In this document: positions 18,706-29,700 of the stretch, one piece after another
Numbering within the stretch: the stretch's first letter is position 1
How the letters are laid out: each line of letters opens with the position of its first letter
Assembly: GCA_963790805.1 (NCBI GenBank)
Contig: CAWBPL010000002.1
Coordinates: 576,696 to 640,695, forward strand
DNA length: 64,000 nucleotides
DNA from: Candidatus Gottesmanbacteria bacterium
GTDB taxonomy: Bacteria; Patescibacteriota; Microgenomatia; UBA10105; UBA927
Direction: 5' to 3'
Translations under genes and position numbers: made by a program
Notes under the pieces: generated by a model
What the model was told of the DNA's origin: nothing
Database searches by the model: none
Seen by the model: only the letters and a program-made list of their open reading frames with translations

Positions 18706-19842
18706 GTGCACGCCGAATTTGTATCCCCGTTATATAGATATATGAATAAGTTTTTCAAATTATTGTTCGATGACATAATAAACTGGAAAGACGGTTGGTA
18801 TCATTATATTGAACGACGGCTCAAACAATTTGCTCTCCGGTTTGAAACGCAAAAAAATGTTGTTGTTGACATTTTGATGGCAAGGCGGGGTACCTATCAG
18901 CGCCCCTTTTTACATTTGTCATTGGGAATCCTTTTAGTCGTCGGGGCTATGAGTGCCCCAATTCTTACCAATGCATATCCCGGGGGGTTACCCAAGCAAC
19001 TGAACGATTATACGCCTTCATCGGCGGTGTTGACCTCTTTAGACTTAACGGAATATGGCGTACAAACACAGGTGTCTCAAAAACCGCGTGATCAGGTGGA
19101 ATCCTACACCGTCAAAGATGGTGATACGTTGGCAAAAATTGCTGACACATATGGCGTTTCTGTTGATACAATAAAATGGGAGAATGATCTAAAAAGTGAT
19201 AGTTTGAGTGTGGGGGATGTGCTGAAAATTCCTCCGGTTACAGGAATCGTACATACAGTGGAAGAAGGAGAAACGATTACGACTATTGCCAAGAAGTATA
19301 AAACAGATCCGCAGAAAATTGTTAACTATCCGTTTAATGATTTTGCAGACCTTGACACATTTTCTTTGACAGTGGGGCAGACGCTTATCGTACCGGATGG
19401 TGTACAACCGGAAGCTCCGGCGATTGCCATGCCGGCACCAATTATGATCGGGAGTCAACCGATCGGAACAGGACAGCTATTGTGGCCGACCAATGGTATT
19501 ATCACTCAATGCCCCATTTGGTATCACATGGCGTTTGACATCGCAAACCCGTCGGAACCACCGATATTGGCAGCGGATGACGGAGTCGTTATTTATACGG
19601 GATTTCAAGCGTATGGATATGGCAACCATGTGATCATAAGCCACGGCGGTAATTTTTCAACATTGTACGGACACATGACGCAGTATTTTGTAAAAGTCGG
19701 GGATCATGTTTCCAAAGGACAGGTGATAGGGAAGATGGGTTCGACCGGCCGGTCGACCGGACCCCATCTGCATTTTGAAACCAGAATCAATAACGTGCCA
19801 ATTAATCCGGACCAATATTTCCATACTTCCTGCGGAGGGTGA
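18706..19842 (+). CDS. membrane-anchored LysM-LysM-M23 family peptidoglycan endopeptidase
   Basis: TM helix: [21 protein letters not shown]. Two LysM motifs: [27 protein letters not shown]...GDVLKIP and [24 protein letters not shown]...GQTLIVP. M23 motifs: [21 protein letters not shown] and [14 protein letters not shown]. The ORF-track start is GTG at 18706. ATG at 18742 (MNKFFKLL) is more likely. Confidence 0.9.
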
Positions 19843-19887
19843 TATCCGGAATTCGTCGATTCGATATATCAATACGAAGGAAATTTT

Positions 19888-19895
19888 TGTATAAT
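19888..19895 (+). promoter_or_regulatory. extended -10 element (TGTATAAT) upstream of the tRNA-Ala pair
   Basis: This is a perfect TGnTATAAT, ending 24 nt before the first tRNA. There is no good -35, which is acceptable for extended -10 promoters. Confidence 0.45.
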
Positions 19896-19919
19896 TCCCT
19901 ATGCGAGTTATAGTTGACC

Positions 19920-19990
19920 GGGCCCGTAGTATACCGGTAGAACGACTCCATGGCATGGAGTAGAAAGGGGTCCAATTCCCCTCGGGTCCA
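19920..19990 (+). tRNA. tRNA-Ala (anticodon GGC)
   Basis: 71-nt cloverleaf folded by eye:
- acceptor GGGCCCG/CGGGTCC with G3:U70 (the alanine identity pair)
- D-arm GTAT-ACCGGTA-GAAC (one A:A mismatch)
- anticodon arm ACTCC-AT GGC AT-GGAGT
- 4-nt variable region
- T-arm AGGGG-TCCAATT-CCCCT
- discriminator A, no encoded CCA

The T-loop has C at position 55, which lowers confidence. Confidence 0.6.
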
Positions 19991-20124
19991 CATAAAAGAA
20001 AAATAAGGTATGGTTTGATTAGTTAATTACAAATCCGTTGCGATGGTGTGATATATGACGGGAACCCATCGCAACACTTTGAAGGAAAAGCGTTGGGGAA
20101 AAACCTTCGGTTTTGCCCCAGAAT

Positions 20125-20197
20125 GGGCCTGTAGCTTAGCTGGTAGAGCGCCGCATTCGCATTGCGGAGATCACCGGTCCGATTCCGGTCAGGTCCA
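20125..20197 (+). tRNA. tRNA-Ala (anticodon CGC)
   Basis: 73-nt cloverleaf:
- acceptor GGGCCTG/CAGGTCC with G3:U70
- D-arm GCTT-AGCTGGTA-GAGC
- anticodon arm CCGCA-TT CGC AT-TGCGG
- variable AGATC
- T-arm ACCGG-TCCGATT-CCGGT
- discriminator A, no encoded CCA. Confidence 0.9.
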
Positions 20198-20244
20198 CAA
20201 TCGTTGCCGATTCGCCAATGGGCGAATGGCTTACGAGTGTGAAT

Positions 20245-20344
20245 GTCGCGTAATCGCGACGCCACAGGTTTGAATGAGGGATGCCGAGTACTCTCGGCGC
20301 CACAGCTTCGAATTAAAGTGGTTCGGAGTACTCTCGGCGCCACA
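20245..20344 (+). repeat. three hairpin-plus-GCCACA units at 38-40 nt spacing downstream of tRNA-Ala
   Basis: Unit 1 is GTCGCG-TAAT-CGCGAC followed by GCCACA (20245-20266). Unit 2 is GCCGAG-TACT-CTCGGC followed by GCCACA (20283-20304). Unit 3 is an imperfect copy, cGGAGTACTCTCGGC followed by GCCACA (20324-20344). Units 2 and 3 share 19 identical nt (GAGTACTCTCGGCGCCACA). A further hairpin, ATTCGCC-AATG-GGCGAAT, lies at 20210-20227. Confidence 0.6.
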
Positions 20345-20393
20345 ATACTAACTTCCCGAAAGGAAATGAGACAACGCAAAGCCTCATTGAGGA

Positions 20394-20606
20394 TTATCTT
20401 GACGTTGATACACCGGCGACCTGAGGCGTCGCAAGGTTCATCTGCTGGTTGATGTAATTGCCGACGATCGCGCCGATCCCTAACATGAGAGCAAACGCAA
20501 CGACGAGCATCCAGCCGCGAACTACCATGAGGTAGTTTTCATTTGGCCGATGCGTGCGTCGTACGCTCGCGCGGTGATGCGTCCGTCGCAAAACTTTCTT
20601 TTTCAT
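20394..20606 (-). CDS. small hypothetical membrane protein (70 aa from ATG at 20606; the ORF extends to 20669)
   Basis: MKKKVLRRTHHRASVRRTHRPNENYLMVVRGWMLVVAFALMLGIGAIVGNYI... has a basic N-terminus and one hydrophobic helix. I recognise no homology, so the call rests on the ORF and its TM character only. Confidence 0.4.
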   Translation of the reverse strand: MKKKVLRRTHHRASVRRTHRPNENYLMVVRGWMLVVAFALMLGIGAIVGNYINQQMNLATPQVAGVSTSR

Positions 20607-20791
20607 ACGTATGTAGTGTGGCACGAATTTTAGGTGGTTGTCAACCCCGATGTTTTTCTTGAAGACCAATAGTATATTGCTTATTGACAGCCATAAATAG
20701 GTTCAATCATATTATTATTATAGAGATATATTAGTGCGAAGGTTTATCGTTCGGGCAATCCCGATATATCGGGGTAAACGAGATTGGGGAC

Positions 20792-23700
20792 GTGTTGATA
20801 TATCCTAAAAATACTGTGCCAGGATGTATCGCCCGGTTTTTTAGCGTTTCATACAAACAGCATCATGCTTCTCAAAAAGAGCTTCACCATCCTACAGTAT
20901 GTACCACTTCTTTACCTATTGATATAGATAAAGATCAACGCGGGTTTATACAGTTTTTACCACTTATTCTTTTGGCGCTTTTTGCATCGGCAATTTTTCT
21001 TATTGTGAATCAGGTGCAACGGCAGAATCAGGATGTGCGAAGTAAAGCGGCATATCCAACAACGCCCGCAGAAACGGTTACTCAGACTCAGACTCAAACT
21101 CAAACGCCGACTCTTGCGCCATCATATAAGATTCCGAATATTAACGAAGGCTGCGATTCGGGGTATCGTCAATCGGGTCTCAATTGTACCCGCATTACCT
21201 CAACTCCGACTCTTGCGCCAACATATACGATTCCGAGTCACAATGAGGGATGCGGCACAGGATACCGTCAATCAGGTCTTACGTGTACTCTCATTACTTC
21301 GGCGCCGACGCCTCCGCTTGTGAAGACACCGAATCCGCAAGGAGGGTGCGGTTCCGGGTACCACTCATTTGGTTCAAATTGTATCATTAATAGCGCAAGT
21401 ACCACGACATTGGCTCCTTTGACCACGCTATTGCCGATAAAAACGCCAACTTCACCGCCGTCAACACCCACGCAAGCGCCGGCAAAATCATGCATCTTAT
21501 GGATATTCTGTTCATCAGGTAATCCTCCTGCTACCCCGACGCCAAAAGAAAGCGGGACACAAACTTCAGTGACCAATCCCATAAGCAATGCTCTTACGGC
21601 AATCGGCGGCACAGTTAACGGAATTGTTAACGGCTTGGCATCAGTAGTCGGCCTCCCGCCGCCAATCTCTTTGCCAAGCGTTTCAAGTTTTGTTGCAGGG
21701 ACGGCAATCGCAACGCCGTACGGAGAAAAAGCGATTGAAACGATACGAGTGGGGGACACGGTGCTCTCTTTTGATCCAAAAACAGGCACAGTAACCGGCG
21801 AAAAAGTTACCGGCCTTATTGCTTATACAAGCGATCAGTATTACATACTGAAATTTGATAACGGAACGGTTATGCGCGTTACCGGACGCCACCCGATGTA
21901 TCGCGGATGGGGATATCAGTCAAAGTATCGCGACGTGCTGACGGGACAACCGCAGCCGCGGGGATTTGAGGCCGTATTACATCTGGTAAAAGGAGATACG
22001 CTTTATCGGTTAACAAAAACATCTGATGAGAAGCAAAAACTTATACCTGTTCGTATCACTTTTATAGAGAAAGTACCTATTGCGATACAGGTATATAACC
22101 TGCGGGTTGCCGGATTGAACACCTATTTTGCACAGGACATTGCTGTTCATAATAAAAGTAATTTATCTTCAGTACCGCCGATAACACCAAAGCCCGGATC
22201 TTTCGGATCGTTGAATAATTCAAAACTGACCATCAATCCTAATATTACTGTTGGTCCAATACAGCCGAATACACCTCCCGGAACAATAAAGAACGGCACG
22301 ACGGTAAATCTCAATAATAATTTAAGTGCACCGATCACTTTGAACCTTCCGACACCGACCCCGAAGCCCTGCTGGATGGATTTGGGTGCATGTTTGAGCA
22401 GGGGTCTCACGAACGTTGTTCCGGGGGGATTAACATCCATTTTCCCAACCGGTGCGCCGACCTCTGCACCAACGGCAGCACCAAAAGCGACGCCTACTCA
22501 ATACTCCAGTGAAGGGTTTGTGGGTGGGAACGATACGCGGAATGTTCAGATGGGGGTAAACGAGTTTTTTGGTGCATCCGCCGGCAACTACAACTTCACC
22601 GCTCCGAAATCGGTTCCAAATCTGGGGGGTGGTACCTCCATGGTTTCAGATATTATTCAAGCCGGCACGACAAACGTAAAAGTAGGTCAGGTGATTGTTT
22701 CAACGACAAATACCATAAACGGACCGATTACGAAAACCGATGTTTACATAAACAATCCGACAACAAATCAACCTGAACTAAAATTGTCCTCATCAACACA
22801 AAATAATAAGGTATTGCCGACAGTAGTGGCGCCACCAACCACGGGCGCGTCCACGACGCCAGCGGGCGGATTTCCCGGTTTAACAAGTCCGACGGTTGCG
22901 CCCACTCCCGATGTGAAGACATATCAGGGTTGTATGGCGAGCATGAAAAATGCTCCATCGGCTGAACAACGGGATGCGTGCAGCGGTCTTCCGAACGCCA
23001 CACCGACCATACCACCGACTATCTCATCAAGTCCGACACCGGCAGCCTTACCGACTATAAATCCACTGCCGACCATTGAGGTAGTTCCGCCCGTTCCTTC
23101 TGTGACTCCGGAGCCGAGAGTTGTTTTAACCGGACCGCACGGGTGTGGCGGAGGTATAAAAGGCGGTGACGTCGTGGTGGGTCCGAAGAATCATGCGTAT
23201 GAATGTAACGGGCAAACGGGATTGTACGTTGATCGCACCACCGGTTTGGATAATAACGGAAATCCGGTTCCCGGTGGAGGCGGGTATACGTTTGCTGATC
23301 TCACGATAACAGGCGGTATCCTGCCGACGGATCAAACGGCGCTTGCCATGAATGGTGCTGCGCTTACGGCAAATAATCCCAAGGCAAAATCGGGAGGGGC
23401 ATCGTGTGCTGGTGGCGCACCAGGAGTATCGGTTTCCAGCGGAGTGGTTGCAGAGGGCGGTCGGGCGGGCGGCAGGGCGAAGTGTGACAACGGTACGTGG
23501 GTAGATTGTCCGACATGTTTATTTACTCCAGAGTATGCGCCGGACTGGACAAAAGATCCGAACTCGCCGCTTTACAGCGCCTATCAGCAACAAGTAGCTG
23601 CGCAGCAGAAGGCCCAAAACGATGCGCTGACCATATTTAATACGAAATTAAATTCATGTGTACAGGGTGGAGGAACCACCGATAGCTGTAATCAACAGGC

Positions 23701-26700
23701 TCTGAGCGCGCTTTCTGATGCGAAGGTTGATCAAACGATCATTGATGGTATTCAGGGGAGTATTACCACAACACAACATTTAAATAGTGATTACTATCCG
23801 AAGCTGGAAGCGCTCAATGTCTGTCTTGCGGGCAATAACGGAAGTTATACCGCCTGTGCGGATTATGCGCATGCGGCGAATCTGGCATTTGCTGCTGACG
23901 GGTTAGATCCGAGTCAGAAGAAGACATATGATACAAATGGATACAATTCGTATGTGTATGATAAGGTTCAAACCGCATACATGGCTGCTGTATGGAATTA
24001 TGAACAATGTAAAGCAAGCAATCAAAGCGGATGTGTAGATCCCGGACCGGCTCCTGTTCATCCCAGCCTCACTGCAGAACAGGAACAGGCTCTTACCCTA
24101 TTGGGAACCAACGCGGAAGCAGCGATCGAAGCATTAAGCAGTAATAATATTTCCAATATAATCAGCGCGTGTTATGCGCAGGGTCCAAAAAATTCTCCTG
24201 AATATGGACCGAGCAGCTGCGGAAGTGCTGCTCAGGCCACACAAACGCTCATGGCGAGTTTGCCCTTTGACATACAACAGCAACTGATAGCAGCGAGTCA
24301 ACAAGCAGTCAGTCAACAACTGGCGCAGCAGAAAACACAACAATATCAAGCGGTTATCGACGTTCTTAATTCCGGTGATTCAGCAAAAATCAAGGCAGCA
24401 TGTTTATCACTTCTCGGTACACAGAATTCTTTCGAAAGAAATGACAATTGCGGTACGACCGCTGCCGCCACAACGATGCTTACGGAGTTGGTGGTGAGCT
24501 GGTCGGGTACGCTGCCGGCAGGCGTGGCGCAACCGATCACGATTGCAGAGGAGAACGGTTTCACTACTTTATTGCCCGGAAAAACGGCGTGCAATCGTTC
24601 AAATCAGTGTGTTGCCAACGCCGGAGGTTCTGCGCATACGGTAGGCGGAGCAACTGATCCCTACGCAATGTCCTGTCCGAGCGGTTGCGCTGTATTTGGC
24701 GGGGGAAGCGGAAGTGTTGCAACGACCGTAGGGGGCGATTGGCTCCATTTTGGTATTACATATCCTGCAGTCAACAAATGTTCTGCAGATGGTAAATCGG
24801 TCGAAACACATCAAATGGTATCAGGCTCAGGAGGAGGACAGGCAAATGCATCGCATGATACGGTAGTTGCTTCCAGTGCGTGTCACGGAGTGTGCGGTGG
24901 AGGAACGTGTTATAACGGCGCCGTCATTATTAATCCGACAACAAAGACGCAACAATTGTGTCCCGTTGGGCAAACATGTGAAGCGTATGACCAGTATACT
25001 AACACATCTGTGCCGGTAGTTGCCGTTCAAGTGGGAACGGGAGACAACACTCACTACGACTGGCAATATGCGCCCAGCGCATTTTCAAGTGAAGGCGCTC
25101 AGACGGCGTATACTGCGGCGCGCGAAAATGCCATCACGTCGTATTATTCCGATCCTGCCAACGGCTATGATCCGAATTATGTACAGGCGTATGAAACGTG
25201 GAAACAAACCAACGGCGGGTCTATCGAACAGTTTCAGGAAGCACGAACGCAGGCTTTCGATGGTTTAAAAGATACATTATCCAATAACGGTCTTTTGACA
25301 GACAGCTACATTCATAATGTTCAAACCGGTGCGATAGATCCGGTATCGACCAAGAAATATCTTGATTCTCAAACATCCTGTTCCAATGGGTTTGGCGCGT
25401 GTATGACAGGGCTTCTGTATTGGGCGAACAACGTGACGCGCGGCACGATCAAAACGGGGAATGACATGCAGTTGGCGGCGCTTTCCCAGTATCAGGATCA
25501 ACACAAAAATGACGGGGGAATATCAGGGTTTGTCGCGAACAACCAGACGTTAGCCAATCTTAGTCTTACTGCTGACGCAATTGGATTTCTCAATCCTGTA
25601 ACGCATGCTAAGCATCTGATCGCCGGAGACGAAAACACATACCTGAACTTTACGCGCGGCGGTCTTATAAAAGGTGCGATTCCGGCATCCGTCATTATGC
25701 TTCCTGTTGCGGTTCTTGCGGCGCCGGTTGCCCTTGCGGGTAGTGCAGTGACCGCGGCAACGGTTATGGCAACCATCGGCGTCGGAAGCGGAATTATCGG
25801 TACAACCGCGAGTCTCCAGCAGACCGCCATGGCGTGTGTGCCGGGTCAGTCGATGACTGCTTCGTGTGGCTGGGCGGCTGCCAATACGGCGCTTCAGGCC
25901 GCATCTTCTGGGTTTGCAGTAATTTCCGGCACCGCGAACATTGCCGCTCAAGCGGCAAAGGTTTTGCAGGTAGAATCAGACGCTGCGATTACCACCTCTG
26001 AGGGGTTGAATTTAGTAAAAAATACAGGTGAACTGGTCAACGGTGCCGCACTGGCAAATGGCGCTCAAATGGCGCTGAATTCGAGCCGCGGCATTCAGAT
26101 TGCGAATGTCGCATTGGGCGCCGCAGGCGCGGTGATCGCCGGACATCAGGCGGCTGAATCGTGTTTCGGAGCCAAAACCGATGAACTTCAGTGTGCCGCA
26201 AACAGCTTTATGGTGGTCGGATCACTTTTGCGTATAATTCCCTCGATTTCATCTCTTTCACAATCCGCACAGCAGGTAAATGACGTGACAAAGTTAACCG
26301 GCGTTACCGCTGATGTCAGTGATACAGCAGCGGGTACCCTTCAAACAGCCGCCTCCTGTTTTAGCGGAGCGGCATCATTTGATTTAACTAACTGTGCGTT
26401 ATCGGTTTCACAGATGGGTATGGCGGCAGGAGCGCTTCACGGAAATTTTGTAGCACCTGAGGCAAATACCGGATTTATTGGAAGTCAGGAAGGCGCAACG
26501 ACGAATGTCGAAGAAGCTCGTGCGGCACTCGCGGGAATGTACGATGCAAATGGCAAGGTAACGGTTCCCGAAGAAACTATCACTAAAGCGCAAACGACAC
26601 TTCGCGATGCCATAAGCGCGCGCGGGTATGAATTGGCGCTTGCCAACAACGCCTTGACTTCTTTTGCTGCTGATGTGCCCAGTGCGCCGAAGTTGAAAGA

Positions 26701-29700
26701 TGCCCAAACCGCATATAAGCAGGCGCTTTCGGATTACAATAACGCGACGAATGAAACCGCGCGCTATGAGGCGGCAAAAACCCTGCAGGGCGCGACAAAT
26801 GATCTCTTGGCGTACCGATCGGCGGCCGAAGTCGAACAGCAGCTTGTGGAAAATCCGCGGAATCCTGTCCAGCGTGCGGGAGATGCAATTGCTTCTTTAT
26901 TCGGTTCTCCGGCAAAAGACCGCTATGCCGCCTATCAGGATGCGGTGGATACGTTCCAAGCGACAGCGAAAGATCATCCTTTAGGAACTCCTGAATATGA
27001 TGCGGCGCTTGTGTCTCTTCGGAAAGCATATAACGGCGTTGAGGCATTGGGATATACCAGCGCCCAGCAGGCGATTAACGCCGATGTTCAGGCGCGGCAG
27101 GATCAGCTAACGCAGTTAAATCAGGAACGCGGACAGACAATTGATGAAATTAACCGGTTAAATGACCAAGCTTCCGCAGACAAAGTCGTAACGGATATCA
27201 GCGATAATCTCAACGGGCTTCGAACCAGCCGCACTGCCATGGGCGACGGAAGCATTCCTCCCGTGTGGGATCCGGCAACCGGCAAATGGACCGTCAATGG
27301 ACAGGAAGTCGGGAGTTATGTCGGTGCAGGATACAAAGTTGAAGAAGTAAACGGTCAACAGGTTTGGAAGACGGTAAATGATAAAGGCGTAGTTTTAGGC
27401 GATGCCGACATTGCAGAAGTGACCCGACTACAGTCTGACGCCCTTCAAACTCAGCGTGCACAACTGGACGGCAAAATTACCCAGACGCAGGAAGCGCTTA
27501 CGAGCGCTCGTCAGATAGCTGATCTTGCAGCCGGTCTCGCAAAGACGGTGCAGGATCCGCAGGCGGTGTTTGAATTGCAATCGCGAAAAACCCGTCTGAC
27601 ACAGCTTTCGACTGCCATAGATGGAGTCAATCGGCAAATTTCGCTTCTTACGACACAGCGAAATAACGCGGGAGGTATCGGCGGAATTATTGCAAGTATC
27701 CGGAACCGATTCAGCAATAATCCGACCGGTGAAGTGACTGCGGGAGCCCGGTCGCAAAGCGCGATGCAGAATACAAACGGTTCGTTCTTTGAAGATCGTG
27801 CGACTCAATCGGTTGCAAATGCTTTTCTTGCGAAAAATGTCTTTGATGCCATGAGCGCAAAGAATATTCCGGTTACTGACGGCGATGCAATTCAGCAGGG
27901 GATTAATGATATTTATAAAGGGTTATTGTCAACGGAAAATTCTCCGAATGGAAAGACGGCTATTTACAATGAGGCATTTGATCAGGCGAAAACCCAACTG
28001 GCAGACGCCGGATATACGGATCAAAAGGCCATTAACAACGCGGCCGACAGAATTGCCAAAGCCGTTGAACAGCAGGTTACCAATGCCAAAACTCAGATAC
28101 AGTTTGCATATGCTAAGACACAATTTGATACTGTACGATCTGTTATTGACGATATTACAACGAAACAAAATCAGCTGGACAAGACGACAGACGCAGCTGC
28201 GCGGGCAAATCTGCAGACACAAATTGATGCCGCCAAAGCCAGTATCGGCGACAGCTTTACGTCGGTATTACCGGAAGTTGATCCGACAGTTGATTTAACG
28301 ACGCGTGAGGCAACACACACCATAAGCCAGAATGTTGTTGAAACCACTTCAGAACGAATTCGTTCCGGCGACGCGCCGAGCAAATCCACAGCCGCAAGAA
28401 TTTTAGAAGATGCGGCGACGGCGAGGCAGACTATAACGAGTCTGGAAGTTGAGCGAGAAGGAAAACTTGCGGCGGCAACTGATCAGACGCAAAGGGATGC
28501 GATCTTGAGAGACTATGCCACCCGTCTGGATGAGCAGGCGCAAGTCCTCGCACAAAAACTTACCGATGCTGCCAGTCTTGCTGCAGGATCCAAAGGGAAC
28601 GCGCAGGAGGCGGCGTATACGCAATTGACAAGTGTTCAAAGCGCAATAAAGAAAGTCAGTTTGCTTGGTGACATCGAGGTGCTTCAGGCGCAGATAGAAA
28701 ATGCCACTGCAAAAGGCGACAACGCGACAGTCGCAAGTCTTACTAAAAAACTTAACACATTGGCAAGCGCTGACGAAGTTGTATTACCCAAGGGTCTTGA
28801 CCCGCAGGCACAGGCGAAATTCGCGGCGATCATGGGCGATACTGAACTTCGCTTAGGCATATTGGACGGATCATTCAGAACGTATCGCGCCAATCAGATC
28901 GATACGGTGCTGGAATTATTGGGAGATAACCGGAAAGCTGTTGAACTTGAAACTGCCGCCGGTAAAACGGTGACGCTTACCGCAATGCTTCGCGTTGATG
29001 TTGATGTGTTCGGCCGCGATCACGGATTATACGTCGCCCGCAAAGGTCAGGGAGAAGCGCTTTTAAGTCAGATCCGGACGCTTGTTCCAAACGGCGACAC
29101 AGACGTTGTGCGCTTAACCTCAGACAGTTTGCGCGGAACTAAAGAACAGGTTCAGGCAATCCGCGATTCACTCAATAACGCAAAAATTATCATTACGGAG
29201 CCGGAGGATTTAGCGTTTATTCGGAACATGGCAACCGAGCGCTATAGCGATCCTGCGATGGGTCAGATGATTCGTGATATTTACCAGACCGCAACAAAGA
29301 ACGTATCACTCGGTGTCGACGAGCTGCAGCTTGCATTTGACCCGTCCATCCAAATGATTAATCCGCCTTCCGCTTCGCGGGCTAACGTGCCGCCTGAGCT
29401 TATCGCCTCCACCAAAAATGTTTACAACGTGTTGCTGGATATGGGCATTATGGAATCGAATAATTCGACGGCGTGGAAAACCGCCGGAGCCGGTGGAGCG
29501 TCTGCAATTATAGAAGGGCATCTGGCTGCCGATGGAAAAACATTTATTAAAGATGCCCGCTTTACCACGGAGACACAGAGCGAAATTTTTAACCGGTTGG
29601 CTCAAGAGACAGGTATGAGCGAAGATACGTTTAATGCGATCGTTGCCGACAGGACGAATTTAAACGCTATCTCCGGAGATTCGGCAAAGATCAATGAGGC

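Noticed and set aside
18527-18745. 72-aa + strand ORF in the AT-rich region upstream of the M23 peptidase gene, and a possible riboswitch in that ~175-nt leader.
   Set aside because: The ORF is AT-rich and Ile/Leu/Asn-biased, and it overlaps the peptidase start. The leader lacks the GC-rich conserved helices expected of known cell-wall-associated riboswitches such as ydaO-type elements.
20245-20344. A mini CRISPR array, suggested by repeats with regular spacing.
   Set aside because: There are only two to three copies, the shared core is 19 nt with spacers of about 20 nt, and no cas genes are in the window. These dimensions are well outside typical CRISPR repeat and spacer sizes.
20283-20344. 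Additional tRNA or tRNA pseudogene, suggested by GGTTCGGAG and a 3' GCCA.
   Set aside because: I could not fold a T-arm or any cloverleaf. The 5 nt before the putative T-loop (AAAGT) do not pair with the 5 nt after it (AGTAC). Only an acceptor-like minihelix is present.
20023-20379. 118-aa - strand ORF, plus the + strand ORFs 20055-20273 and 20243-20452.
   Set aside because: They span the tRNA-Ala(CGC) gene and the hairpin repeat region. The translations are Arg/Cys-rich and implausible as proteins.
19843-20791. An integrated mobile element using the tRNA-Ala genes as the attachment site for the giant-gene region.
   Set aside because: No integrase, recombinase or transposase ORF is present in the window. 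I also found no direct repeat of the tRNA 3' end. The GCCACA units differ from the tRNA 3' sequence (GGTCCACA). The idea is kept only as one possible explanation within a finding.
21686-22153. Possibility that the Hint domain is a true splicing intein or a homing element.
   Set aside because: The residue after the terminal His-Asn is Lys, not Cys/Ser/Thr. There is no endonuclease insertion, since the domain is only about 156 aa. The flanks are linker-like rather than halves of a conserved host protein. Cleavage-only (BIL or PT-HINT type) is more consistent.
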